Assembly: GCA_029266735.1 (NCBI GenBank)
Contig: JAQSWG010000034.1
Coordinates: 9,694 to 73,693, forward strand
DNA: 64,000 bases
Source of the DNA: Ornithinibacter sp.
GTDB lineage: Bacteria > Actinomycetota > Actinomycetes > Actinomycetales > Dermatophilaceae
Direction: 5' to 3'
The position numbers were made by a program, and so were the translations under genes. Shown here piece by piece: positions 48,915 through 59,074 of this stretch. The notes under the pieces are model-generated. The model was not told the origin of the DNA, did no database searches, and was given only the letters and a program-made list of their open reading frames with translations. The stretch's first letter is position 1, and each line of letters begins with the position of its first letter.

Positions 48915-50647
48915 GCGGGCACCCCCTCGAGGGCGGCTCGCACGTCTGCGACCGTGAGCCAGGGGCCGGGGCCCGTCACCTTGGACACCTGCGGGGCGAA
49001 CGCCGGGGAGGACGTGACGACCTCGGCGGTCGGGCCGTCGGCGACCACCTCACCCGCCGCCAGCACGACCACGCGGTCGGAGCACTCCGCGACGAACTCG
49101 ACGTCGTGCGTCGACACGACGATCGACCGACCGCGCGCCGCGAGGTCGCGCAGGAGGCGGCTCAGCGCGGCCTTGGCCGTCGGGTCGAGGCCCCGAGTCG
49201 GCTCGTCGAGCAGCAGCACCGGCGGGTCCGCGGTCAGCTGGACCGCGAGGACGAGGGCGAGCTGCTGTCCCTCGGACAGGTCGCGTGGGTGATGGTCCGC
49301 GAGGACTCCGGGGGCGATCTCGACGAGCAGGTCGGCGCACGTGCCCGACAGCCTCCCGCTCTCACGGTCCGCCTGGTGACACTCCGCGCCGACGGTGTCG
49401 AGGTACAGCAGATCCGCCGCGGACTGCGGCACCAGCCCCACGAGCGCCCGTCGCTCAGCGGCCCCGAGGACGCGGGGGTCCACGCTGTCGGATGCCGTGC
49501 CCCCGGTTCCACCCGAGGCGGCCGTCTCGGGTGTCGGGGCCCGCGTGGCCGGGGGCACGACCCGGACCGTCCCGCTGCTCATCGTTCCGCTTCCCTGGAG
49601 TGCCCAGAGGAGAGAGGACTTCCCGGACCCGTTGCGCCCCATGACGGCGGTGACCTCCCCGGGGAACAGGTCGAGGTCGACGCCCGCGACGGCGACGACG
49701 TCCCCGGGGTGACGGACGACGACACCCCGAGCAGACAGCACGCCCCCCTGTCGGGCGACGTGGCCGCGACGGCGGCGCTCTCCGGAGGCCGACCGGTCCG
49801 CGGGCGACGACCTCTCGAGCGTCCCGAGGAGGTCAGCCCGCAGGTCGCGAGCCGCCCGGCGCGCGTCGCGCACCGACAGCGGCAGCGGCGCCCACCCGGC
49901 ATACCGGCCCAGCTCGACGACAGGAGAGGTGATGTCACTCTCGACCATGAGGCCCGCCGGCGTCCCGGAGCTGACCGAGCCGTCCCGGGAGACGTGGACG
50001 ACCCGGTCGGCGTAGTGGAGCACCCGTTCGACGCGGTGCTCCGCGACGACGACGGTGACGGCGAGGTCGTGGACGAGCCGGGTGATGGTCGCGAGCACCT
50101 CCTCAGCGCCGGTCGGGTCGAGGGCGGAGGTCGGCTCGTCGAGCAGGAGCACCCGCGGGTGCGCGGTCAGCACCGACCCGATGGCGACACGCTGCTGTTG
50201 CCCACCCGACAGGTCGCGCAGCGGCGCGTCGCGCAGCTCGGCGATGCCGAGGAGGTCGAGGGTCTCCTCGACCCGTTTTCGCATCGTCGTGCCGGGTAGC
50301 CCCAGCTGCTCCATGCCGTAGGCGAGCTCCTCCTCGACCGTGTCGGTGACGAACCCCGCCACGGGATCCTGCCCCACGACACCGACGACGTCGGCGAGGT
50401 CGCGCGGACGGTGGTCGCGGGTGTCGCGTCCATGGAGGAGCACGTGTCCGGTGAGGACGCCCCCGGTGAAGTGCGGCACCCGCGCGCACATCGCACCGAG
50501 CAGGGTCGACTTGCCGGACCCCGTGCGTCCGACGACGAGAGCGAGCTCGCCCTCCTCCACGGTGAGGTCGACCTCACGCAGCACCGGTCCGTCGGCCCCC
50601 GGAAGGGTGACCGACACTCGCTCGAGGGAGATCGCGTGGTCAGCCAC
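48911..50647 (-). CDS. ECF transporter tandem ATPase
   Basis: GRTGSGKST / LSGGQQQR / LLDEPT and GRNGSGKS / LSEGQ / LLDEPT. Confidence 0.92.
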   Translation of the reverse strand: MADHAISLERVSVTLPGADGPVLREVDLTVEEGELALVVGRTGSGKSTLLGAMCARVPHFTGGVLTGHVLLHGRDTRDHRPRDLADVVGVVGQDPVAGFVTDTVEEELAYGMEQLGLPGTTMRKRVEETLDLLGIAELRDAPLRDLSGGQQQRVAIGSVLTAHPRVLLLDEPTSALDPTGAEEVLATITRLVHDLAVTVVVAEHRVERVLHYADRVVHVSRDGSVSSGTPAGLMVESDITSPVVELGRYAGWAPLPLSVRDARRAARDLRADLLGTLERSSPADRSASGERRRRGHVARQGGVLSARGVVVRHPGDVVAVAGVDLDLFPGEVTAVMGRNGSGKSSLLWALQGSGTMSSGTVRVVPPATRAPTPETAASGGTGGTASDSVDPRVLGAAERRALVGLVPQSAADLLYLDTVGAECHQADRESGRLSGTCADLLVEIAPGVLADHHPRDLSEGQQLALVLAVQLTADPPVLLLDEPTRGLDPTAKAALSRLLRDLAARGRSIVVSTHDVEFVAECSDRVVVLAAGEVVADGPTAEVVTSSPAFAPQVSKVTGPGPWLTVADVRAALEGVPA

Positions 50648-51779
50648 GCACGACCACCCGGTCCCGGGCGCCTCGGTGCGCGACTCGCGCCGCCGGCCGC
50701 AGCGGTGCGGGGGTGAGGTATGCCGGCAGCGCGCCGACGAGCAGCCCGACGACGGGTGCGAGGGGGAGGGGCGGCACGGCCAGCGGGGTGAGGGGCATCA
50801 CGAGCAGCTCGGGCGTCATGCGAGACACGGTCACCAGCGTGGCGGCGGCGAAGACCCCGCAACCGACGGTCAGCCACTCCGCGCCACGCCAGGGGTCGGG
50901 CCGGTACGTCGTCCGCGGCACGTGCCGCCCGCCGAGCCAGAGGCCCAGGCCGGAGAGGGCCAGGCCCGCGAGGAGGGTCGGGGTGCCCATCATGGCCGGC
51001 GTCGTCGCGTCGAGCACGCCGTAGATGCCGACGGCACTGGCGAGGAGACCCCCGAGGGTCACCGCACCCGTGACGAGCCGGTGCCCCCGGGGCACGTGCT
51101 CGGTCCGGCCGTACCCACGGGAGTCCATCGCCGCGGCGAGGAGCAGGGACCGCTCGAGAGTGTCCTCGAGGACGGGAAGAGCGACGGTGGGGACGGCGCG
51201 GAGCCCACGCGTCGTGTCACCGCGAAGCTGTCGTGCCCGGAGGACCCGCTGCACGCTCTCCGCGAGCTGGGGCGCGACCGACACCGACACCACCACGGCC
51301 GAGCCGATCTCGTGGAGGGCGCCGGGAAGGGCGCGCAACAGCCGTTTCGGGTTCGCGAGCGCGTTGGCGGCACCGATGCAGGCGATCATGACCGCGAGGC
51401 GCAGACCGGCGAGGGCGGCGGCCAGCAGACCTTCCAGGTAGACCGTCCCGCCGACCTGGATGCCGGCCGCCCACGACGGGAGAGTCACCTCGGGGAGCCG
51501 GAGGACCACGATCTCCCCGAACTTCAGGCCCACGAGCACGTGCAGCACGACTCGCACGACGACGATGGCGAGGCCGAGCCAGAGGTACAACCGGAACGCC
51601 CTCGCCCACGGCGACGTCCCGCGGCGGGCGGCGACGACCAGGGCCACCACGCACAGGGCCAGGAGGAGCAGGACGGGGTTCGTCGTCGTGCTGGCCGCGA
51701 CCGCCATGCCGATGGCCCACCCCCACCACGCCGCGGGGTGCACGGCGCGCGGGAGGCTGGACGTCATCGGACCGGTCAT
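50640..51779 (-). CDS. ECF transporter T component (CbiQ/EcfT family)
   Basis: HPAAWWGW, NPKRLLR, RARQLRG, AAAMDSRGYG. Confidence 0.88.
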   Translation of the reverse strand: MTGPMTSSLPRAVHPAAWWGWAIGMAVAASTTTNPVLLLLALCVVALVVAARRGTSPWARAFRLYLWLGLAIVVVRVVLHVLVGLKFGEIVVLRLPEVTLPSWAAGIQVGGTVYLEGLLAAALAGLRLAVMIACIGAANALANPKRLLRALPGALHEIGSAVVVSVSVAPQLAESVQRVLRARQLRGDTTRGLRAVPTVALPVLEDTLERSLLLAAAMDSRGYGRTEHVPRGHRLVTGAVTLGGLLASAVGIYGVLDATTPAMMGTPTLLAGLALSGLGLWLGGRHVPRTTYRPDPWRGAEWLTVGCGVFAAATLVTVSRMTPELLVMPLTPLAVPPLPLAPVVGLLVGALPAYLTPAPLRPAARVAHRGARDRVVVRG

Positions 51780-51783
51780 GGCG

Positions 51784-52650
51784 TCAGGCGCGTCGTTTCC
51801 ACGCTGTCCAGCCGGCCCCGCCGCCGACGAGGGCGAGGAGGGCGGCACCCGCGACCAGGGTGCCCATGCCGGGCGGGCCGTCGTCCGGCTCTGCGGTCGG
51901 TGCCGCGGCAAGCGGGGTCGCGCTCGTCGAGGGCGTGGCCGAAGAGGTCGCCGTCGGCGTCGCCGGGCCGGATGGTGAGGCGGACGCCGATGCCGATCTC
52001 GAGGGGGTTGCCGTGTGCGACGGTGGAACGGAGGCGGTCACGCCCGGTGCCTGCGCGGTCGCCGCGGCACCGGACGAGATGCTTGGAGGTGCACTCGTCA
52101 CCTCAGGTGCGGAGGTCGTCGTCCGGGGCGCCGACGTGGGTTGCGGCTTCGTGGTCGTGACCGCCGGAGCGCTCGTGGCCGTCGGTTCGGGTGGGGCGAC
52201 GCGCGGCTGCTGACCCGCGCCGAAACGGAACCCGACGACCGTTCCGGGGCGGGGGTCGTAGCTGGAGACCCCGCTCGAGCTGTAGGTCCAGCCTCCTCCA
52301 CGCGTCGCATGGAAGAAGGCCCAGTAGGCGTCCGCCGGGGGCATGCGGACGCACGGGTCCGACGCCGGGAATCCGTTGATCCGGCAGACGACACTGCCCG
52401 GATACTGCTGCGGGTAGGTCACCGAGAACCCGGCTGCCGTCAGTGCCCTGAGCCCGGAGGCGGGGTCGCCCGCGGCGCAGCGGGTGTTCACCGAACCCCC
52501 GGTGTCGACGACCACGGTGACGCCTGAGGTGCCCGAGCACGCTGCGGCGCTCGCGGGCGCCGACGTCATGACCAGCCCGGCGAGCGCCAGGCCGGAGGCG
52601 GCGGCGGCGCCCGTCAGGTGGCGCAGAAGGCGGGGTTCGGAGCCACGCAT
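51784..52650 (-). CDS. Secreted, membrane-anchored protein with a transcobalamin beta-domain-like (DUF4430-like) module
   Basis: Signal peptide; VCRING...YWAFFH...SSSGVSSYDPRPGTVVGFRF; P/S/T linker; C-terminal TM plus KRR. Confidence 0.7.
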   Translation of the reverse strand: MRGSEPRLLRHLTGAAAASGLALAGLVMTSAPASAAACSGTSGVTVVVDTGGSVNTRCAAGDPASGLRALTAAGFSVTYPQQYPGSVVCRINGFPASDPCVRMPPADAYWAFFHATRGGGWTYSSSGVSSYDPRPGTVVGFRFGAGQQPRVAPPEPTATSAPAVTTTKPQPTSAPRTTTSAPEVTSAPPSISSGAAATAQAPGVTASVPPSHTATPSRSASASASPSGPATPTATSSATPSTSATPLAAAPTAEPDDGPPGMGTLVAGAALLALVGGGAGWTAWKRRA

Positions 52651-54161
52651 CAGGCGTGCGCCCCCCGGCGTCGTGACGTGCCCCAGACGGCAAGGCCGCC
52701 CACGAGCACGAGCACCAGGCCGAGCCCGAGCGGAAGGAGCAGGTCACTGCCGGTCTGGGCGAGGGAACCGGTGGGGGCGCCTGCGCCGGGTCTGCCGGCT
52801 CCGCCCGCGACTGATCCGGAGGTCGGCGTCTCCGTCGCGGCCGGCTGGGTCGGAGCGGGCGAGGTGGTGGACGGCGGCGGGCTGCTCGTGCCGGCGCACT
52901 CCAGCCCGGTCGTGGTCTCGGCGGCGCCGGCGAGGGTGGCGCTCAGCAGGGACTTGCCCGAGAGCCCCAAGGTGGCCTGCGGCGTCGCGCGCAGGTCGCT
53001 GTCGGTGATCCCCGTCGTGGACCGGGTGGAGGCGGAGAACGCCAGCCCACCGCGCAGGGCCGCGGGTGCCGCACAGCCGTACTGGAGTGACGCGAGGAAC
53101 CCCTGTGCCGCGGCCAGCTCGGCGTCGCGACCCGCGGCGGCGAAGGCCTGCGCTGCGACCCCGGTCGTGTTGGCGTTGGGGGTGCCGTCCGCGCTCTCGA
53201 GCGAGCCGTCGTCGGCCTGCGCAGCCGCGAGCCAGAAAACGGCCTCCTCCGCGGCTTCTGTGGAGCCGGCAGCGAAGAGCGCCTGGACGGCGAAGGCGGT
53301 CGCGTCCGGGTCGCTGACACAGGCGTCCCCCTCGAGGGCGCCGCGGAAACCGCCGTCGGCGCACTGCTGGTCGAGGAGGACGTCCACCGAGGCGGTGCTC
53401 ACGGTCTGCCCCGCCCGGAGAAGCGCGATCAGGGCCAGCGACTGTCCGATGGTGTTGGAGTAGTCCCCGTAGGCGGAGGCGTCACTGAAGCGACCCTCAC
53501 TCTCCAGCGCCTCCAGGTCGGCGACGAGGTCGACCCCGCCGAAGCTCGTCGGGTCGCCGCCCGCGACGACCACGGCGAGGAGCGTCTTGGCCGTGGGGCC
53601 GGCGTAGGCCTCGCCTCCCGAGCCGACGTAGACGTCGAGGTTGTCCTCGACGTACCGGAGGGACTCCGCCGCCTGTGTGGCACCCGTGGCCGAGCCGGCC
53701 AGGGCGATGATCGCGTCGATGGTGTTGCCGCCGTCAAAGTAGGTGCTGTCCGGGTAGACATAGTGGTCGTCCCCGTCGGCCAGCGTACGAGCCACGAAGT
53801 CGGCTGCTGCGACCGTCTGGGGGGCGGCCGTCCCGGTCGCCGCGAGCAGGGAGGTGTCCGACGCGCCGGCGAGGCGGTGGTCGCCCACCGGCGCCGGTGT
53901 CGTCGTCGCGGTGGCGCTCGGCGACAGGCTCGGTGTGCTGGGCGCCGGGACCGATGGCGAGGGCGTGGGCGTCGACGGGGCGGGGCTGGGCTCCGCCGGC
54001 GCACTGGACGGAGGAGCCGCGGATGCGGTCGCGGTCGGCGTCGCCGGGTCGGTCGGGTCGGCGAACGCGCTCGCCGCCGGCGCGCCGGCGAGTGTCGCGG
54101 CGACGAGCAGGGTCCCGACTCGCCGCAGCAGCGCGCCCCGGGTGGTCGTGGTGATGGTCAT
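52650..54161 (-). CDS. Sortase-anchored protein with prenyltransferase/squalene-oxidase-type alpha-barrel repeats
   Basis: Signal peptide; QCADGGF and QADDGSL repeats; LAQTG (52749-52763), TM, RRR tail. Confidence 0.75.
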   Translation of the reverse strand: MTITTTTRGALLRRVGTLLVAATLAGAPAASAFADPTDPATPTATASAAPPSSAPAEPSPAPSTPTPSPSVPAPSTPSLSPSATATTTPAPVGDHRLAGASDTSLLAATGTAAPQTVAAADFVARTLADGDDHYVYPDSTYFDGGNTIDAIIALAGSATGATQAAESLRYVEDNLDVYVGSGGEAYAGPTAKTLLAVVVAGGDPTSFGGVDLVADLEALESEGRFSDASAYGDYSNTIGQSLALIALLRAGQTVSTASVDVLLDQQCADGGFRGALEGDACVSDPDATAFAVQALFAAGSTEAAEEAVFWLAAAQADDGSLESADGTPNANTTGVAAQAFAAAGRDAELAAAQGFLASLQYGCAAPAALRGGLAFSASTRSTTGITDSDLRATPQATLGLSGKSLLSATLAGAAETTTGLECAGTSSPPPSTTSPAPTQPAATETPTSGSVAGGAGRPGAGAPTGSLAQTGSDLLLPLGLGLVLVLVGGLAVWGTSRRRGAHA

Positions 54162-54265
54162 GTGTGCCTCTCCGAGCGGTTCATGACGTGATGCCCGAAC
54201 CACCGGGAGAGCCCCGGCACTCGGGCTCCGTCCCGCATTCCTCGACGGGTGAACTGGAGCCGCTC

Positions 54266-54375
54266 GCACCTGCCGGGCATTCCGACTCGCCACGACGAGA
54301 GGTCGTGACCCACGGCTGCGGGACAGTGCCGGACTTGGACCGGCTTCCCCCGAACAGGTGCGTGTGGGTGCCGCC
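54266..54375 (-). ncRNA. Cobalamin riboswitch
   Basis: GCACCTG/CAGGTGC closing stem, GGGAA-GCCGG-tccaagt-CCGGC-ACTGTCCCGCAGCCGTG core; GTCCCGCA has a perfect downstream complement TGCGGGAC (kissing loop); -10 TAGAGT at 54398-54393. Confidence 0.88.
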
Positions 54376-54480
54376 CTGAGGGCGACGCCGCGACTCTACC
54401 CCGCTTCACCTCCGCGCGTGCACCCTCAGCGGCCACATCGTGGTGGAGACGACCCGGTGGTCGCCGGTAGACTCCCGGCA

Positions 54481-54716
54481 CAGGCGTTCGAGCCGTCATC
54501 AGCGGCGAGCCTCCGGAAGAACGGGACCACTGCTCAGGCTGTGGTCCTCACTAGAACCGGACGTCGGGGTCACGTCACGACCTGGTGCAAGAGCGGCCGC
54601 CTCGGCGGCAAGCGAGGTGGTACCGCGGTGGTGCGCGGCCGGCATACGGGATGCCGTTCACGTGCCGTCGTCCTCGTCCCGGCAGTGACGAGTCGACGAC
54701 CCGCAGGAGCAGCACG
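54481..54716 (+). ncRNA. Actinobacterial ileS translational T-box riboswitch
   Basis: -10 TAGACT at 54468-54473; short stem I with Ile specifier ATC at 54498-54500; T-box AAGCGAGGTGGTACCGCG at 54610-54627; no U-tract terminator. Confidence 0.9.
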
Positions 54717-57700
54717 ATGACGTACCCCAAGGTGTCCACGACCGGTGAGCACACCGGCGCGGCGTTCGGCGTGCCGGCCAGTCCCCGGTTCCCTCAGATC
54801 GAGGATGCCGTGCTCGCCCGGTGGGCGGCCGACGACACCTTCGCCGCCTCGGTCGCGAACCGGCCGACGGGCGAGGACGGCGCGAACGAGTTCGTCTTCT
54901 ACGACGGACCGCCGTTCGCGAACGGCCTGCCGCACTACGGCCACCTGCTCACCGGCTACGTCAAGGACATCGTGCCCCGGTACGAGACGATGCGTGGACG
55001 CCGGGTCGAGCGCCGGTTCGGATGGGACACCCACGGCCTGCCTGCCGAGCTCGAGGCGATGAGCCAGCTCGGCATCAAGACCAAGGAGGAGATCCTCGAG
55101 CTCGGCATCGAGACCTTCAACGCCAAGTGCCGCGACTCGGTGATGAAGTACACGGACGAGTGGCGCGAGTACGTCACCCGGCAGGCGCGGTGGGTCGACT
55201 TCGACAACGACTACAAGACGCTGAACCCCAGCTTCATGGAGTCCGTCCTGTGGGCGTTCAAGACCCTGTACGACAAGGGCCTCGTGTACGAGGGCTTCCG
55301 CTGCCTCCCGTACTGCTGGAACGACCAGACCCCGCTGTCCAACCACGAGCTGCGGATGGACGAGGAGGTCTACCAGAACCGTCAGGACCCCGCCGTCACC
55401 GTGGGCCACCGCCTCGAGACGGGCGAGCTGGCGCTGATCTGGACGACCACGCCGTGGACCCTGCCGAGCAACCTCGCGATGGCCGTCGGGCCGGACCTGG
55501 ACTACGTCGTCGTGGAGTCCGAGTTCTCGGGGCGCACCGAGCGCTACGTCCTCGCCGAGGCCCGGCTGGCGGCCTACGCACGGGAGCTCGGCGACGACGC
55601 CGCGGACCGCATCGTCCAGCGGCTGAAGGGCCGGGATCTCCTCGGTCGCGCCTACACGCCGCCGTTCTCGTACTACCAGGGCCACGCGAAGTCGCACGTC
55701 GTGCTGCCGGCCGACTACGTGACGACGGACGACGGCACGGGGATCGTCCACATCGCTCCGGCGTTCGGTGAGGAGGACAAGCAGCTCACCGACCAGTACG
55801 GCATCCAGCCGGTCGTCCCCGTGGGTCCCGACGGCCGCTTCACCTTCCCCGTCGCCGACTATGAAGGTCTGCACGTCTTCGACGCGAACCCCGTCATCAT
55901 CGGTCACCTCACGTCGGCGACCCGCGGCGAGGGTGGCCGCGGGGCCGTGACCCGGGGGACCGTGCTCCTGCGCCGCGAGACGTACGACCACTCCTACCCG
56001 CACTGCTGGCGATGCCGCGAGCCCCTCATCTACATGGCGGTCTCCTCCTGGTTCGTCGAGGTGACGAAGTTCAAGGACCGGATGGTCGAGCTGAACTCGG
56101 AGATCACGTGGGTGCCCGAGCACGTCAAGGACGGGCAGTTCGGCAAGTGGCTCGAGAACGCCCGCGACTGGTCGATCTCGCGGAACCGGTTCTGGGGGAG
56201 CCCCATTCCCGTGTGGCGCTCCGACGACCCGGCACACCCACGGATCGACGTCTACGGCTCCTTCGAGGAGCTCGAGCGCGACTTCGGTCGGCTTCCGCGC
56301 AACGAGCGTGGCGAGCCGGACCTCCACCGGCCGTTCGTCGACCACCTCACCAGGCCGAACCCCGACGACCCGACCGGCAACTCGACGATGCGCCGGGTCG
56401 AGGACGTCCTCGACGTCTGGTTCGACTCCGGCTCCATGTCGTTCGCTCAGGTGCACTACCCGTTCGAGAACGCGGACTGGTTCGAGCACCACTTCCCGGG
56501 TGACTTCATCGTCGAGTACATCGGCCAGACCCGCGGGTGGTTCTACACGCTCCACGTGCTCGCCACGGCGCTCTTCGACCGTCCCGCCTTCTCGTCGTGC
56601 CTCAGCCACGGCATCGTCCTCGGGAGCGACGGCCAGAAGATGAGCAAGTCGCTGCGCAACTACCCCGACGTCAACGAGGTGTTCAACCGCGACGGTGCCG
56701 ACGCGATGCGGTGGTTCCTCATGTCCTCGTCGATCCTGCGTGGGGGCAACATCTCGGTGACCGAGGAGAGCATCCGCGAGGGTGTTCGCCAGGTCCTGAT
56801 CCCCCTGTGGAACAGCTGGTACTTCTTCTCCCTCTACGCCAACGCCATGCACGGTGGCGCCGGCTACGCGGCACGGTGGTCGACCGACTCGACGGACCCG
56901 CTCGACCGCTACCTCCTCGCCAAGCTGCGCGTCCTCGTCCAGACGGTGCAGGGCCAGATGGACGTCTACGACATCCCGGGTGCCTGCGAGTCGGTGCGCC
57001 AGTTCGTGGATGCCTTGACGAACTGGTACATCCGCCGCTCCCGACAGCGGTTCTGGGACACCGAGACGAGTGCGGGCGAGGCGTCCACTGCTCACGCGGC
57101 GTTCGACACGCTGTCCACCACGCTCGAGGTCCTCACCCGGGTGGCGGCCCCACTCCTACCGCTCGTCACGGAGGAGATCTGGCGGGGGCTGACGGGCGGC
57201 CGCTCCGTGCACCTGGAGGACTGGCCGGATGCGGCCATGTTGCCGGCTGACGACGCCCTCGTCGCCGCCATGGACCAGGTCCGGGCGGTGTGCTCCACGG
57301 CCTCGTCGCTGCGCAAGGCGCAGGGGCTCCGGGTGCGTCTGCCGCTGGCCACGCTGACCGTCGTCACGCCCGACCCGGCAGGACTGGAGCCGTTCACCTC
57401 GATCGTCGCGGACGAGCTGAACGTCAAGACCGTCACCCTGCTGGACGTGCGTGAGGCGCACGAGTCCGACTTCGGCATCCGTTCGCGGCTGGTCGTTCAC
57501 GCCCGTGCCGCCGGCCCGAGGCTGGGCCGGGACGTCCAGGCGGCCATCAAGGGCAGCAAGAGCGGAGACTGGTCCGTGGCCGAGGACGGGACGGTGGTGT
57601 CCGCGGGGTTGCCGCTCGTCGAGGATGAGTACACGCTCGAGACGGTCGTCGACGAGGAGCAGGCCGGTTCGCACGCCACGGCGATGCTGCCGGGCGGCGG

Positions 57701-58016
57701 TTTCGTCGTCCTCGACACCGACGTCTCGCCGGAGCTCGAGCTGGAGGGTGCCGCACGCGACATCGTCCGAGCCGTGCAGCAGGCGCGGCGACATGCCGCT
57801 CTCGACGTGTCGGACCGCATCTCCTTGGAGATCGCCGGTGCCGACTTCGTGCACCGGGCGGTGCTCGCCCATCGCGACCTCGTCACCCGCGAGACGCTCG
57901 CGTTGACGCTGTCGGTCGCACCGGACATCGACGCGCTCGAACCGTCCGACGACGGTGTGAGCGAGGTCGTCGTGGGCGAGGGCCACCGGGCACGTCTCCG
58001 AGTCACGAAGCACTGA
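54717..58016 (+). CDS. ileS: Isoleucine--tRNA ligase (type 2)
   Basis: [36 protein letters not shown]; RBS AGGAG. Confidence 0.97.
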   Translation: MTYPKVSTTGEHTGAAFGVPASPRFPQIEDAVLARWAADDTFAASVANRPTGEDGANEFVFYDGPPFANGLPHYGHLLTGYVKDIVPRYETMRGRRVERRFGWDTHGLPAELEAMSQLGIKTKEEILELGIETFNAKCRDSVMKYTDEWREYVTRQARWVDFDNDYKTLNPSFMESVLWAFKTLYDKGLVYEGFRCLPYCWNDQTPLSNHELRMDEEVYQNRQDPAVTVGHRLETGELALIWTTTPWTLPSNLAMAVGPDLDYVVVESEFSGRTERYVLAEARLAAYARELGDDAADRIVQRLKGRDLLGRAYTPPFSYYQGHAKSHVVLPADYVTTDDGTGIVHIAPAFGEEDKQLTDQYGIQPVVPVGPDGRFTFPVADYEGLHVFDANPVIIGHLTSATRGEGGRGAVTRGTVLLRRETYDHSYPHCWRCREPLIYMAVSSWFVEVTKFKDRMVELNSEITWVPEHVKDGQFGKWLENARDWSISRNRFWGSPIPVWRSDDPAHPRIDVYGSFEELERDFGRLPRNERGEPDLHRPFVDHLTRPNPDDPTGNSTMRRVEDVLDVWFDSGSMSFAQVHYPFENADWFEHHFPGDFIVEYIGQTRGWFYTLHVLATALFDRPAFSSCLSHGIVLGSDGQKMSKSLRNYPDVNEVFNRDGADAMRWFLMSSSILRGGNISVTEESIREGVRQVLIPLWNSWYFFSLYANAMHGGAGYAARWSTDSTDPLDRYLLAKLRVLVQTVQGQMDVYDIPGACESVRQFVDALTNWYIRRSRQRFWDTETSAGEASTAHAAFDTLSTTLEVLTRVAAPLLPLVTEEIWRGLTGGRSVHLEDWPDAAMLPADDALVAAMDQVRAVCSTASSLRKAQGLRVRLPLATLTVVTPDPAGLEPFTSIVADELNVKTVTLLDVREAHESDFGIRSRLVVHARAAGPRLGRDVQAAIKGSKSGDWSVAEDGTVVSAGLPLVEDEYTLETVVDEEQAGSHATAMLPGGGFVVLDTDVSPELELEGAARDIVRAVQQARRHAALDVSDRISLEIAGADFVHRAVLAHRDLVTRETLALTLSVAPDIDALEPSDDGVSEVVVGEGHRARLRVTKH

Positions 58017-58087
58017 GGGGCCGTGAGCGCACGTGTCGCGTGGTCACGTGATGGCAGACGTGTAGCAGCAGACGACACCGTGCAGTG

Positions 58088-58834
58088 TCAGAACTGGGAT
58101 CTCAGCACGTCCACCTCGCAGCCCGGCAAGAACGGGTCGAAGCCGTGCTCGACCAGCCAGCGGACCGCCGTCAGGCACCGCAGCGACCACCACGAGCGGA
58201 TCACATCGAGATCGACCTCATGGCCGTAGCCGGCTAGCAGGTCGCTGAGGTGCTCCCGATGTCCGAGCGTCAAGATGGCGAGGTCGTACATCGGATCGCC
58301 CGGGCCTGCCTCGGTCCAGTCGACCACACCGGTGATCTCGTCACGGTCGACGAACACGTGGTCCACCTGCAGGTCGCCGTGCGTGAACATCGGCGTCCAT
58401 ACCCGGAGCGCAGTCTCGGCCAGTCGGCGGTTTCGTGTGACCAGGTCGGCAGGGAGGACGTCGTTCGTGAGGAGCCACGTGCATTCTCTGTCGAGGCGCG
58501 AGGCGGTCTCGTCGAGGCTTCGACCGGGCCATGGCGGCAGCGGCGCGTCATGCAGTATCCGTACTGCGGCACCCACCGCCCCCCATGTCGTCGGCGACGC
58601 GGTCGATCTCTGGCCGAGGCGGCCGAGTGCCGTTCCCGGCAGGGCGGCGAGCGCAAGCACGGGCGGCTTCCGCCACAGGACTTCCGGAGTCGGGATGGGA
58701 GCCATCCTCATCGCCGCGACCTCGACGCTCGACCGCGTCTGGTCGCCGTCGATCTTCAGGAACACCTCGCCGACGCGAAGCGTCGCGCAGTCCTGGTGCG
58801 CGACGACGACCTCGACCTCCTCCACGGCGGTCAT
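58088..58834 (-). CDS. Aminoglycoside phosphotransferase (APH) family kinase
   Basis: FLKID, HGDLQVDHVFV, GVVDWTEAGPGDPMYDLA. Confidence 0.85.
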   Translation of the reverse strand: MTAVEEVEVVVAHQDCATLRVGEVFLKIDGDQTRSSVEVAAMRMAPIPTPEVLWRKPPVLALAALPGTALGRLGQRSTASPTTWGAVGAAVRILHDAPLPPWPGRSLDETASRLDRECTWLLTNDVLPADLVTRNRRLAETALRVWTPMFTHGDLQVDHVFVDRDEITGVVDWTEAGPGDPMYDLAILTLGHREHLSDLLAGYGHEVDLDVIRSWWSLRCLTAVRWLVEHGFDPFLPGCEVDVLRSQF

Positions 58835-59074
58835 TGTTCCCGGAGGGCCACGATGTCCCCACCGAGTTGTCGCGTTGGGCCCGTGTCATCGCCGTGGCTG
58901 AGGAACGTCATCGATTGTCAGGACGGAGCGTCGCCGGGTGGCGTTCCCCCTGGAAAGCATCAGGCAGGGGCGGCGAGAAGCAGCAACGCCCGCATCGCGG
59001 CAAGAAGAGGACGTTTCGGCAACGATCACATGGACCGGACCCCACGCCCGTGGGCGCGACCTACATTGCGGGTT

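Noticed and set aside
51860-54060. Pro/Ser/Thr/Ala-rich repeats in the two surface proteins
   Set aside because: Ordinary low-complexity linkers, not a DNA repeat family
58088-58834. Calling the APH-family ORF an antibiotic resistance gene
   Set aside because: Kinase motifs alone do not define the substrate
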